This document shows positions 35,547 to 48,813 of a stretch of DNA of 63,059 nt, one piece after another. The stretch spans positions 1-63,059 of the forward strand of contig MEDY01000291.1 in the NCBI GenBank assembly GCA_001724265.1, given 5' to 3'. This stretch comes from Rhizaria sp. SCN 62-66. Its lineage: Eukaryota. The notes below the pieces were generated by a model that saw nothing but the letters and a program-made list of their open reading frames with translations, made no database searches and had not been told where the DNA came from. A program made the translations under genes and the position numbers. Numbering within the stretch: the stretch's first letter is position 1; every line of letters starts with the position of its first letter.

Positions 35547-37908
35547 TCAAACGCCACTCTTCGTGAGCGCCGCGGCATACGCCTCCCTCACCATCGCCTC
35601 CGTCCACTGCACCGCGCCGCCGTCAGCAGCCTCGGCCACTCCGGCCTCGGGGCAGACGGCGCGCTTCGCGTTGAAGGCAGAGGCGACGGACTCGAACTGA
35701 AAGAAAGCCGCGTTGACGGCGTTGATGACGTCAGCAGGAGTGAGCACGGCCACAGCAGCAAGGCTGGCAGTCTTCACAGGAGCAGCAGGGGCCGCGACAG
35801 CAGCAGCAGCAGCCGGTTGACTGTCAGTCCCAGCCTCAGTCTCAGTCTTCGTGTTCGTGCTGCCGGTGTTAGTCACGATGAAGTCGTCGTCGTCGTCGCC
35901 GTCGCTGTTGTGCGCACTCGCACTCTGCATGAAGCCTTTGGCGTTCCCAGTGCCGCTGCCGTTGGCGCCGAGCACAAGGCCAATCATCGACTGCGTGTAG
36001 GGCTTGGACGAGGCGTGGTACTTGCGGGTCTCCTCCGGCGTGAGGACCGAGTACGCGACGCTGTTGCCGCCGCTTGCAGTCGTAGCCGCGCCACCACCAC
36101 CCGCCCCCGTGGCGGCGCCCGGGGCTGCAAGCGCGGCCGCGGTGGTGACGGGGAGGGTGAAAATGTTGCGGCTCACGATCGCGTCGAGGTCCTCGTCCTC
36201 CTCGTCTTCCACAGCAGGGTTACTCTTGGAGGGATCAACAACAGCAACTGCATTGCTCTCGTCATCATCGTCGTCGATGATCTCAATCAACGCACCACCA
36301 CTCTTCTTCCCCTTGCTGACACCAACGCTGCTGCTGCTGTTGCTGACTCCCAGTTGCTGGCGACCCGCACCCGCACTCGCCCCAGCCTCCGGCGACGCGC
36401 CAGCGCCAGAGTCGCTCTCCGTGGTCTCCGGGAGGCCCTGGGCCTTGCGCCGCATCTGCGCCCAGCGGCTCATCCCACGGTCGTGGTCGCGCTTCTCCTG
36501 GGCCGCAATGGCGGCGCGCTCGGCGATCTCGGCTGCGCCGCCGCCAGTGAGCCACGCTGTGACGATGCGGCGCTCCTGTGGGAGAAGAAAACACGGAAAT
36601 CAAGGGTATATCGCAGAGATTGATGAGCAAGCGTGAATAGCTTTAAAACAACACTACATGTCCAAACTAATGATTATGATGACTACAATTAGCACGTCTT
36701 CAAACTCGATGAGTGCCGATATCACGACTATTCATGCATCCGTTCATTCAAGTTTCATGTCAGCCCAACAGGCAAGTTTACGTACATCCTTGCTGACGGG
36801 GCGGTCATCCAGGTAGACAAGCCCGCGCAGCAGCGCCACCGTCGCGCGGCGGTAGTTGGCCTCGACCTCCACCGTCTTCACCGCCGCACTGCTGCGGTCT
36901 GCGGCCGCCCCAGGGCCAGTATGAGTGATGGCGTTTTTGTTGTCGTACGCAAGCTCAACAGCAATGGCGGCGGCCATCGCAGCAGCACTGTCGCCAGCCG
37001 TCGACGCGTCGAGGTCCGCGCTCGCGCTCGCGGCAGTGCTATCAGTGAGGGTGCTGAACGTGACCTTGAGGGGGATGCTGTTGTCGGAGACGAGCCCCTC
37101 GTTGCCCTTGAGCGTGAGCGCGCGCAACGACGTGAGCGCGGCCAGCGGCGCTAGCGCGGTGCCCGAGGCGAGAAAGTTGTCGGCCAGCGTCAGAGTGCTG
37201 TTAGGACCGGCCGAGAGAGTGGTGCAACAAGATAGACAGAGTTAGTCATAAGAATGAGAATGAGCAAACCGAAATGAATACAGTGGACGTTCTTCAAGAC
37301 TAGACTTAATTATTGCTTGGCGTACGTAAGGTTGGCAGCGTCGACGATGCCGTCAATGTTGCTGAGGCGGTTGGCACTGACGTCGAGCGACTTGAGCGCC
37401 GTCATCCCCTCGAGGTCACGCGGCTTGATCTCCGCGATGTTGTTGCGCGAAACGTCGAGAATGACGAGCGAGGGCAGCGCGGCGACGCCAGTAAGCGCGG
37501 TAAGGCAGTTGTTGCTGAGGTAGAGCGCGGTGAGGTTCTTGAGCGGCGCGACGTTGGTGATGGCGGAGATAGAGTTGTAGTCGAGCCAGAGCGTGTGGAT
37601 GTGGGACAACAGCTGCATGTTCTCGATCTCCGTGAAGGAGCCGTACTGGAGAAACATCTTGTCGTTCAGGGACACCGTATCATAGCTGTGGTGGCAAAAC
37701 GCGGGTGCATGGAAACATTGTGATGATTGTGAGCAATGAGCAACAGTGCAATGGTGAGTTGAGAGAAACGGTTCAACAAGGAGTAGTGACATTCGAGGGC
37801 AGCTTATCGCGGATGTTGAACGTACAGGTCATCGCGAGTGCGGCAAATCTTCTTAATCACTTCCTCAGTGATGTGTGGGCGCACCACAGAATCGTCAGCA
37901 GTCGCCAT
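35547..37908 (-). CDS. DNAAF1: Dynein axonemal assembly factor 1 (LRRC50/ODA7)-like LRR protein, ~627 aa
   Basis: Exons 37908-37826, 37685-37326, 37197-36786 and 36575-35547. Reads ITEEVIKKIC...LYDTVSLNDKMFLQYGSFTEIEN, then LRRs, then NYRR...LVYLDDRPVSKDERRIVTAWLTGG. Stop is TGA. Confidence 0.85.
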
Positions 37909-38617
37909 CGGCAGCGGTAGCAGCGGAGGCGAAAGGTCGAGGCGCGGCGCAAAGGTCGGCGCTGATGGGGGTCTGGAGGACGTGATTTAAGGGAATATAC
38001 GAAGGTTGGTGAGATATAATTACAAAGGCAAGCAGATGCGTACCTGATAATGCACATATCAACGACAGTTTCTATAATGACGATACGATGACGGAGTGCT
38101 ACACCGTTTCTGAAAGTTGCGTTTGAACCTTTGGGTCAGCGACGGCCAACGGCTGGCTCGAGAGGAGCTGCGACAGTTGATTTTTTGCTGTTCAACCCTA
38201 GCGCTATGGCCGTAATTACACGGCGAATCTGACGCTTTAGTATAGAAATCTATCTTGAAATGTAGTTTCCTTGTTTGTATCTCGAAGGGAACTTGTTGCT
38301 GCGGTATATTTCGAGTCTTTCCGGTATTGACCCTGTCCTTACGTCACTCTCCTCTTCTCGTTCTCTTCCATCCTCCTTGCCGCCCCTCCACGCGACTGCT
38401 CCTTTGTGCGACTAGTTCTGCACCGAACTTCGACGCTTGGCGGGCTTATATTGCGACTCTTTGGCTTTGGTTAACGCAGTAGTCACTCCCTGCAGAGCGT
38501 TCCGTCTGTCGGCCCGAACTATCTTGTTCCCACCCCACTCCACGCCCACACCGAACACCCACACACAGCAGCCCGCGAGCCGCCCCTGAAGCGCTCTCCT
38601 TGCCCGGCCCGCGTCCC

Positions 38618-38875
38618 ATGGGCAACGTTATTGGTCGCAGCGACCGCGTGCGGCAGACCAAGGTCTTCCTGGAGCTGATTGCGATCGTGTACATCATCCG
38701 CAAGTGGCGCACCGCGGACCCCGACACGTGGGTCGGCAAGCTCGACGCCGCGCTCTTCGGCTGGAGGCCCTGGCAGGTACGCGACACGCCGCGAAGCAAG
38801 CCTCCATCTTGTACATGTATTTCTTGCTTCTTCATCTATATCCGATGTTCAAGCTCTATTATCACTAAAAACACA

Positions 38876-38942
<67 letters not shown>

Positions 38943-41663
38943 TTTTGCATTGTTCTAACTCTTGTTCGTTTGCTCCTCGCTCACAGATCGTGCTCGCGTC
39001 CCTGGGTGTGTCTCACCTGATGAACAACATTTCCGTGGTGCTGGGCCTCAACGCGCCGCACCGCTCCCTCCGCTCCGGCCCCGAACTGCGGTACTCGCCG
39101 TCCTTTTCGCGCGTGCGCTGGCTGTTCACGGCGCTCGACGCGGGCGTGTTGTCGGCCGCGCGCATCCGTTGGCCGCTGCTGCGCGACACCGTGTCTATCG
39201 CGCTGGGCGCCTACTACATGCTCTTCTCCAGCAAGGCCGAGACCAAGGTGCAGCAGTTCCAGTCGCAGATCACGCCCGCTCTCGTCAAGCGCATGTGGGA
39301 GAAGGGCGCACACCCGCTGTTGCGCGCTGTGACGGCGCTGCAGACGCCGCGGATCGGCATCCCGGGCAAGGAGCTCACGCTGCCGCGCGCCGACGGGACG
39401 GGCATCCGCTGCGTGCTCTATTACCACGGCACCGAGGCCGAGCTCGCAAAGGAAGACAAGTACGTGTCGCTGAACAATTACGTTCACACAATGCTCGATA
39501 TCTCGGACGTATTAAGCTGTTTCAACAATATGCTTTATTTTATTATTGAATATTAAAACAACAACGTATTCGAGTTGAACTAATGATCTCATGCGTTTAT
39601 CTTTCCTGCTTATATCCTTTTTGCTTTAGGTTGACGCTCAACTTTCCCGGCGGCGGCTTCATCGCGATGCCGCCCCAGTTCCACACGGACTACCTCACGC
39701 TTATTGCGCTGCGCACCAGGACGCCCATCCTGTCGGTGGACTACCGCAAGGCGATCCACCACCCCTACCCGGCGCAGCTGCTGGACTGTTTCGACGTCTA
39801 CAAGGCCATCACCGACACGGCCGGCGCGGCCGTAGGCGTCAACCTCGTCCAATCCGAGACCTCGCCTACGTCCGCGCCAGCGCCCGCGAGTGCGACTGCG
39901 CCAGCGCCCGCGACAGCGAAGCCGCTGAAGCTGGTGGTGTTCGGCGACTCGGCGGGCGGCAACCTGTCATGCGCGGTGGTGCTCCGCGCCGTGATCCTGG
40001 GCATGCCGCTGCCGTGCGGCCTGCATTTGATCTACCCCATCCTTGACATGACGTCGCGGTTCTGGAAGCCCCAGACGCACATCAAGCTCCAGCCAAGCAA
40101 TACCAATAACAAGAACAACAACAACAACACCGCTAGCAGTAGCAGTAAGACTGACAGTGGTAACGGCAGCACTTACGTGGTGATCCCCCCCGCGCCTCCC
40201 GGCTCCGCTAGTGACACCTTTGCCACTGCCCTCGCCGCGAACGGCGCTAGTAGCGACCCGATCACGACGCTGCGGCCGCCCGAGATGACCTCGCGCGCGC
40301 GCTTCAGCGGCGACGCCGTGCTGCCGTTCCGCTACCTCCTCGTCATCGGGCAGTCGCTCTTCCGCGGCGGCGGCGACCCCACGGGCGACATGTACTGCTC
40401 GCCGCTGCTTGCGCCCGACGCGCTGCTCGCGCGCTTCCCGCCCACCTTTATGCACGTGGGCGGCGTCGACCCACTGTGCGACGACGCCGTCAACCTCGGC
40501 GAGCGGCTCAAGCGCGCCAACCCGGCCATCCCGGTCAAGGTCGACGTCATTCCGGGCGTGTCGCACGCGTACATGAACGTGGCGTCGCTCTTGCCAGAGG
40601 TGCGTGACTTGGTCTCTTGCTTGAAGCAAGACTCGTAATATTGTGTTGTCAAACTTGTAGAGGATATATCTTACATGGATCACATTACATTTAGCAGCTA
40701 TTTTATTATCTAACACAATTCGACTTACACACGTATATTCGTCGTTTTGTAATCTTTCACACTCATATTCATGCTATATTCATATCTTCTATCTTTTGCT
40801 ATCATTTCATGCCATAGGGCCAGTACGCTCTGGGCCGTACTGTCGAGTGGATCCAAGAGTTCCAGAACCTCGCCACCACCCGCACCAGTGAGTACTCCGC
40901 TCTCACAGGCAATGGCGATGCCGCTGGCGTCTCTGCAGGCGGGATCCTTCCGCTGCTCACCACCAGCTCCGCCGCGAACGCCATCAGCAGCGGCGCAAAC
41001 GCTCTCACCCACGGCCTCGGCCACAACGGCAGCGGCAGCGGCAGCGGCGCACTGCCGAGCGCTTACCTCGGCGCGCCCCCTGCTGCGACAACTGCGGCGG
41101 CGTCTGCGGGCTCGGCGGGCGCGCGGCTGACGGCGCTGCGGCAGCTGCAGCGGGAGAACGTGAGTGCGCTGACTCAGTGGCCGGGCATGGACGACTGGCA
41201 AGCGTATCAGCACCACTTGAAGACGCAGAACTACGTCAACGCACAGCAACAGCAGCAGCAGCACAGCCCGAGCGACGCGAGGCTGGTGACCGCGGTGCGC
41301 AGCGGGGTGAGCCATGGGAATTACAGCAGCGGTAGCAGTGGCAACCACAGTGTTGGCGTGAGCGGCTGCAGTGGCAGTGTGAGCGGCTGCAGTGCCAGTG
41401 TGAACGGCTGCAGTGGCAGTGGCTGTGATGGGAGGGCTACAACTCACAGTGCGAGTGCGGCTGTCACGGCGGCTGCCGCGGCGGTGGCTGCGACGGAGCG
41501 ACAGACCACTGCGGCGGCGGTGCTGGCCGCGAAGGCCGAGATTGAGGCCGAGACCAACGCTGGGGCTGATGCGGAGAATGTGATCGAGACCTCAGATACA
41601 GCGACGGCGATCGAGACTACTGACGAGGTCACTGGCTCGCTCATCACTGCCGCGAAGCTCTAA
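38618..41663 (+). CDS. Hormone-sensitive-lipase-like alpha/beta hydrolase, ~815 aa, C-terminal AKL
   Basis: Exons 38618-38776, 38987-39459, 39630-40599 and 40818-41663. Motifs FPGGGF (oxyanion hole), SVDYRK, GDSAGGN, YCSPL, DPLCDD and SHAYM. Stop is TAA. Confidence 0.88.
38871..38943 (+). repeat. Compound (TC)n(CA)n microsatellite in lipase intron 1
   Basis: About 22 TC units followed by about 10 CA units, seen directly. Confidence 0.95.
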
Positions 41664-42253
41664 GCCACGTCTATAGCTGTTACAACAAGTACATATTTGG
41701 GCCTTTGTTAGTTTGGAGGATTGTTGGTGTTTTTAGCGCACTGCTATGAAGCAGGTGCGCATCGTTACCTATTATTTTAAAGTATATATTTCGAGTTTTA
41801 AGTTGGTGCCCGCGAGTTTTCGCGAATATATTTAACTGCCAGAAATTACACAGTTGCTGTAGTCGTCTGATTTATACACATACATGTTGCTTTACCACCG
41901 ATTTTTGCATCATTTGCGCATTTCACAGGGCTTTTTGTTACCGTTGAGATTGACAAGTCTTTCGACGTCGAGTGAGGTTCAACTTCATCCAAACAGAGTT
42001 CAATGCAGTATCCGTTAATTGTAGTGTGCGAGATAAATCCAATATTAATTAAGCACAATTCGCATGATATTCTTAATTCATTCTCATTGTACTTGATTGT
42101 TCCCTCCCATTCCCACTTTTCATTTCTACCGCCCCAACTTGGCTACCCAGCACGCTCCTGGCGCGCTCCCCCTTCAGTACCTCATTACAACAAGACTTCA
42201 AGCGCACAGAGAAGCACACACAGAGAGCCCCGCGGGCTTATTTTGAACCACAC

Positions 42254-42666
42254 ATGGCGAACCCTCTGACGGGTCTCGTGTGGACCGTGCTGCGGTGGCT
42301 GGCGCTGTGGCTGGGCATCCCGCTCGTCCTCATCGCCATCATCGGCTACTTCGTTCGCCTTAAGGGACTCACGGTCATGCGCTCGCTCCAACACGAAATT
42401 ATCAAGTCATCCCACGATGCCCCGCGGTTTGCCTTGCTTGCGGACCTAAACGCAGAGCTCAACCTCGACTCGGACGACCCCTCCATGTCCACAACGGGCT
42501 CTGCCTCATCTGCTGGTGGCGCCAACGGTTCCCACGGCCCACCAGTCTCGTTCTTCGCGTCATTGCGCGCGTTCATTGTCTCTGTGCTGTCGATGCTTGC
42601 GTTTCCCTGTCTTAGATACCGCCAGCGGCGCCAGCTCGCAGCGTCCGCGGCCGCCACGGCCGTCGC

Positions 42667-42701
<35 letters not shown>

Positions 42702-42856
42702 CCGCTGCTGCCGCCGCCGCCGCCGCCGCAGCCGCCGCCAGCCCCGCCGCGCTGGCGCACCGCATCGACGCCGTGGATCTGTCCGGCGCGCACTTGCTGT
42801 CGCGCCCGCAGTCGCTGTTCCTGCTGTCGGCGCTCACCGCCACGGCGCCCTCCGCT

Positions 42857-42897
<41 letters not shown>

Positions 42898-45800
42898 TGG
42901 AGCACCTGCAAGTGCGACTGCTCCCGGCGCCACTGCCGGCGCCGCTGCTGCGGCTGCTGCTGCTGCTGCGGGCAAGACCGCTGCGACCAGGGGGTCCAGG
43001 GAAACAACGACCGCTGTGAACGCCCTCACGGCGATGTACGCTCGCGACCCCACCGCCAACGCCAGCAACAGCCACGCCCTCGTGGTGGTGGGGCGCGGTT
43101 TGCGCGCAAATCAAGCTAAGGCCACGGGCGTCGCGAGCTACAGCCAGCCCAGAGACGCGGCCGCGGCGTGCGACGACCTCGACGACTTAACTTCCGCGGA
43201 GCTGCTGACGTCAGCGCTCGCCTGGGCCGCGGCCGCCGCCACCACGACGTCGACCGACATCTCAGCGGCCGATGCGGCGGCGACCGGCGCGGCGGCGGCC
43301 CCGGGCGCGGCCCAGGGCGTAGACGGCGTTGACGCCACTGATGCGTCAGTTGCTGCAGGCGCAGCTACGTCTAGTAAGCCTGTGCGGTCACTGCAGTCGA
43401 TGTTTGCGTTTTCCTACTTGTGCCAACAGCAACAACAGCAGCAGCAGTAGTCGCAGGCGCAGCCCGTGTCGCTGCCGTCGATGCCTCTGCTGTCGACGGC
43501 GGCCGCGGTTGCGGCTGCAACGACGGCCAACGCCACCGCGGCAGTGGCCGCCGCCACGGCCACCGCGGCCGCTGCTGCCTCTGCCGCCGCCTCGAGCTCT
43601 AGTTCTGCTGGCGCATTGAACTCTGCCAGTAAGATCAACATGGGAAGCTCAACCACTGGCTCTGGCGCGTCGAGCACAAGCTCCGCATCGATTGGCTTTG
43701 GTTCCGCTGCAGTCTCTAGCTCCTGCTCGGTGCAGTTCCTCGTTGCAGCCTCGACCGCAGCAGCAGCCACCGCTGCAGCCGCCGCTTCCGCTGCAGCCCC
43801 CGCTCAACCTACCGCTGCCGTCGCCCCTGTCGCGGTCGCCGCCGCCGCCGCTGCGACCGCCGCGTCCGCCGCCGCCGTCATTTCAGCCGCCTCCAGCGCC
43901 GCCGCCACCGCGAGCTCGAACACCAGTCTCAGTCTAAGTATCCCCGGCGCGGGTGTAAGTGCCCTGGACGAGTCGCGCGCGTTTGCGCTGGCGTGGGCCG
44001 GCGTGCCCGCGCGGCAGCGGCGGCGCTTGCTGCACCTGGCGGCGTGCGAACTTGCGCGGCGCTCCCGCCGCAGGGCCGCCTGCGCCGCCGTCGCCGCGCT
44101 CGTCGCGGCCGCGTCCCCACAGACAGCGGCGGCGGCAGGGTCTGCCAGCAGCACCGGGGGCCGCGCGGGCAAGCCCGGCGCCGCTGTTGCTGGGACTGCT
44201 GTTGCGCTCCCCAATGCCACGCACACCGCAGGCGGTGTAAACGCCGTGAACGCACACGGGCACGCGCACGGCGCGCACGGCGCGCACGGACACGCGGGCG
44301 CTGGTGCAACTGCAGCGACGACGGCCGCCGCGGCCGCGGCCGCCGCTGCGAACGTCGCGGCCGCGGCCGCTGCCGCTGCCGCTGCGGCTGCGGCGCGCGC
44401 CGTGCCCACGAGCTCGGGGCTCGGAGTGCTGCAGTCGCTCGCCACCGTGAGCCTGAGCGATTGCGAGTCGATGGACGAGTGTTCTGACAGCGACGACGAC
44501 GACGGGGCGCGCGCGGGCTCGGACGACGCTTTGGACAACAGTCGCAACTGGGGGAGCGAGGTGATGAGCGCGAGCAGGTCGACCAGCAGCTACGGCACCG
44601 CTATGCCGGGTTTCGGCCCGCGCCAGCGGAGTGTTCCGACCGCGAGCAGCGGCGCAGCAAGCGCAGGGCAGCCGCAGCACGGAGGCGGGGTGAACCGCGT
44701 GCGCAGCTCAGACCTCGCGTGGGCGCTCACTCTCGCGGCGCGCTTGCACTCTCAGGCGAACGCAAGCTCGAGTAGCACGAGTTCGCCGGCGCAGCCGTTT
44801 GGAGACAGCGAACAGCAGAGGCTGCGGCGCGCTCGCCGTGCGCGCAACGCGGTCACTAACAATAACATCAATTCGACTCCTTACACCGAGAATGGTGCCG
44901 TTGAGAATCAGCGCAACAGCAGTGACGCGCTCTCAGCGCGCGCAGCCACCGCGGCCGCACTTCTGTCCCTGTCTGCGTCTCTGCCCGAGGAGACGTTTGC
45001 AGCACTTGCAGCGGCGCTCGCTACAAGCTCTGCGCAACCGTTTAGTCTCAGCCCAAATGCTGATGACGGCGACAGCTATTCGACGGAATTGAGCTACTCG
45101 ACCGCCAGCGCGAGCAATGACGCCGCGGATACCTGTGTTGCTGGTGCTGGAGCTGTTGGCGCCAATGGTAGTATTGTCTCGCACTGGAGTCTGCTTCACC
45201 GGCTCGCCTATGCGAACTCGTACGCACTTTATACCGGCAACACCAACGCCACCGACATGATGACCAACAGCATTGACAGTAGCCTCGGCGTGAACTCCGG
45301 ATTTGTCAGTTCTATCCCCACAGTGACACATACGATGCCGCAGTTCCCACTCCCTGTTCCTGTCACTGCTGCTACTGTTGGTGCGGGCAACCCTGCTGCT
45401 AAGGACCGATACACCGCGGCCATCTCCGCCGCCCGCGCCCTTGCGCTTGGTTCTCTGGGCGCAACTACCGCCGGCGCTGTGCTGTCCGCTGTGGATCCGC
45501 ACAACACCGCTGGGACAAGCGCCACCGAGCAAGGCATTGTGAGCATGACCGGCGCGGGCTCAGCGGTCTCCGGCGCGTTCCCCTCCCTGCTGTCGTTGGT
45601 TGATCTCTGCTGCAACGCGCCTCCCGCTGCTGCGCTGAACGCCGACTCAGCAGACGCGAGCGCAAGTGCCTCTGGAACTCACGGCGGCGCGTCCCCGATG
45701 CAGGCCGCGTTGCTGGCGCTGATCATCGCCGAGGCGCAGAGCACGGGCGCGATCAGCAGCATCGAACGCAGTCTGTTGATTCGCAGGCTCAAGCTCCTCG

Positions 45801-48277
45801 CGACTTCCGCTGCGACGAACGCCAGCACGAGCTCGACGATCGCGACTAACGCGAGGAGCAGCGCTGGCTCCATGGGCGCTGACGTTGCGTACACGCAGGT
45901 TCATCTGCACTCACAGTTGCCGCTGCAGTCGCAGTTGCCGTTGGGCTCAGGTGTTCTGTCCAGTAACACCACCGTCAGCAGCGACAGCCTTCACCACGGT
46001 GTGAATACGAGCGCTGCATACGCGAACACTGCTCACAGTCTCCCCGCCTCTGCTGCTTTGGCTGCTTCACAAGATTCGAAGCCGTTCTACGACATTATCT
46101 TGTCCTTGATCGACACACAAGATGCTGTTTCTGCTGCGCAGGGCCGTGCCCGCGGCATGACTTTCCTGCAGGAGCGGCTTAACTTTCACCAGCGCGCATA
46201 CGAGGCCGACATGGCGCGCGCACGCCGCGAAGGCCGCCGCGCCCGCACCCGCGGGGGTCGCAAGGGCGCGAACGCGAGCTCCGCCGCGAGTCCGAGTCGC
46301 CCCAACCGCAGTCGCGCGGCCAGCAGTTCTGCTGTCGGTGCGGGTACTTACACCAATGGTGCGGGTACTTATACCGGTGTAAGCGGCCGGGTTGACACGC
46401 GTGGCCTCGGCGCCGTTGACGCGTTCGCGCTGGTGTTGGCCGACGTGGGCGTCGCGCCCCCGCGGCCGCCACTGCTGCCGCCGCCATCTGCAGGCGTTTC
46501 CCAGCCGCGCTCGACCTTCGCAGTGTCCGGGCCCAACGCCGATTACGGCAGTGGTGGTTCTGCCTGTGCTGGTGGCGATGCTTCGTTGGCACGGCCGTTC
46601 GTGTATCCGCACTCGGATTCCGACTTCCAGTCACAGTCCAAGTCGAGCCCGCAGTCGCTTGCGGTCACGTGTCCCTGCTGCGCGCACATCTTCCCTGTTG
46701 CGCCCGCCTCTGCCGCTGCGGTTTCCTCTCTTGCTGGCGCCAACGCCCGCGTGATTGCGAGGACCAACAGTCGCCGCCAGCGCCGCGGTCGCAGTTTGTT
46801 CAGGGGGTTTGCGCTTAAGACCAGCCCGATCTCTTCACTGAACAGTGCCACCTCGTCTCACGGCAACACACCGAACTTCAAGAGTGTCTACCGCGCTCTG
46901 GCAGTAAAGAGTAACAATAAGACTGTGTCAACTGCTCTGCGCGCTCTGCTGATGGGGGCCACTGTGGGATGCCCTGTCCCGCTGTGGAAGCGCTCTCTCA
47001 GCGGCCTAGCTTCTGACCTCAGCGGCGTAGCGCACAGTCGCTGTCGCGAGTGCGGGTGCGCTGGGGGCACGAGCGGTGGCGCGGCTGCGAGCGCGAGCGC
47101 CCTTGCGAGCGCAAGTTCACGCACAGTTGCCCGCGCGACTCCAAACAAGCCCCCCGCAGTGACCGCTGCCGACTGCGTCGGCAACACAAGCGCGGCTGCG
47201 GCCGACGCACGCGATCTTGTTCGCGTCGATAACGGGCTGAGCTTGCGCGAGCTGAGCGCGAAGTACCTGCGCACGCTGCCCGTCTCCGCGGTCCCACAGG
47301 AGAGCGCGTACACGCACGAGCTGGCGCAGTGGTACCGGCGCTCGCTGGCTAACGTGACCCGGCTCGTGCGTGTCATGCTCACGCGCAAAGAGAGGCTGGC
47401 GAAGCGCCAACCGCCGCCGCAGCAGGTCGAGGAGGACGGCACCCGCGAGGGCAGTGGCAAGATGAATACCAGCATCAAGCGGCGCGCTTTGACAGCAACA
47501 GCCCTGTCGCCCTCACATTCTCGGCGGAAGAGTAATGCGACGCAAAGCGCTGGCAGCACTGCGCCCGCCAGCCCTGTGAGTGCTGCGGCTGGCGCCACGG
47601 TGAACAAGAACAAGAAGGGCCTGAAGGCGCGGAGCAACAGCCACATGAGCAGCAGTGATGACGTGAACTCCGACACCGGCGGCTTCATTGCCAGCTTGAA
47701 TGGCAACTTGAACGGCAACCTAAACGGCAACACAGACGCGGGCGTCGCACTGGCGCACACGCGCAGCTACAGCACCCACAGCCACAGCCAGAGCCACATT
47801 CCGAGTCCGAGTCCGAGCGAGAGCGTCAGCCGCAGCCTCCGCCACGGCCACAGCCACGGCCTGAGCCGCCCCAGCAGCAGTAGTCGCAGCCTCACCGCGA
47901 CCCACAGCCGCAGCCCCAGCCAGACGCATCTCTACCCAGTCACTGGCGCTGGCGCTGGCACTGGCGCTGGCGCTGGCACTGCTGGTGCGAGGAAGGGGCT
48001 TGGCAGCGACAGCGAGGAGAGCTATGAGATCAAGAGCTCGAGCCGCAGGGGCCGTGGGAGCGGCAGTCGCACCAGTAAGGACTATGATGGCGCCGACTCC
48101 GACGCGGACGATAATGACGACAACGATGACTATGATGATGAGGAGGAGTACGACGACGCTGGCGATCACAGCGATGGCCGTGGCTCTGACGAAGATGATT
48201 CTGCGCTGGACGAGGATGAGGACGAGGACGAAGAGGGCGAGGCTGAGATGCTTGCCAGGAGTCTCTATTATCCTTAA
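42254..48277 (+). CDS. Large Ala/Ser-rich protein of unknown function with N-terminal TM helix; 2007 aa if the in-frame TAG at 43448 is decoded
   Basis: ORFs 42254-43450 and 43466-48277 share a frame and are separated only by a TAG ending a poly-Gln run. There is no AT-rich intergenic or intron-like gap. Hydrophobic N-terminus (LVWTVLRWLALWLGIPLVLIAIIGYFV) and acidic C-terminus. Stop is TAA. Confidence 0.7.
42663..42897 (+). repeat. Two (GCC)n poly-Ala tracts
   Basis: GCC-rich runs at ~42663-42739 and ~42859-42897. Confidence 0.9.
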
Positions 48278-48813
48278 ACACGCTGTGCACAGCGCAAATT
48301 TCGTGTGACTGCGAACTTGTCAATGTGAACACTGCTGATTGATCTCTCATTAAACAAGATTAACACGATTGTCGACAGGCAAGACGTGTATATTTAGCTA
48401 TATAGACACAGACTACAACTGATCTCAATGAATACACAGCTTATCTGATTCTCTCTATCCCGACATAGACTGTATTGAGTAAAGCCTTAACAATAAGTAT
48501 GGGAATCCCAAAGTCACACAATAATTCAGTATGTCTTGTCAATATCAAACAAAATAGCGCATAAACAGCACAAGACCATTCATAAACTCACTAGTCAACT
48601 AGAAATAATGACAACCACAACAACACCAAAAGCAACACCACAAAACAGCACCTAAATCAACCAGTTCAAGCAGACCCACAGCCGAGACAAGGCTCACGCA
48701 GTCCGCACGCAGTCCGCACGGAGCTGCAAGTCTATCAGCCTATGCGATTAGTGCTTATTCTAGCTTGCGCATACGAGTATCTCGATCAGGATACCTACAT
48801 ATTGGCGAGGTAC

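Noticed and set aside
43374-43544. Hypothetical 171-nt GTAAGC..CAG intron removing the TAG at 43448
   Set aside because: The donor lacks the invariant +4C, there is no pyrimidine tract before the AG, and the content is poly-Gln/Ala coding-like.
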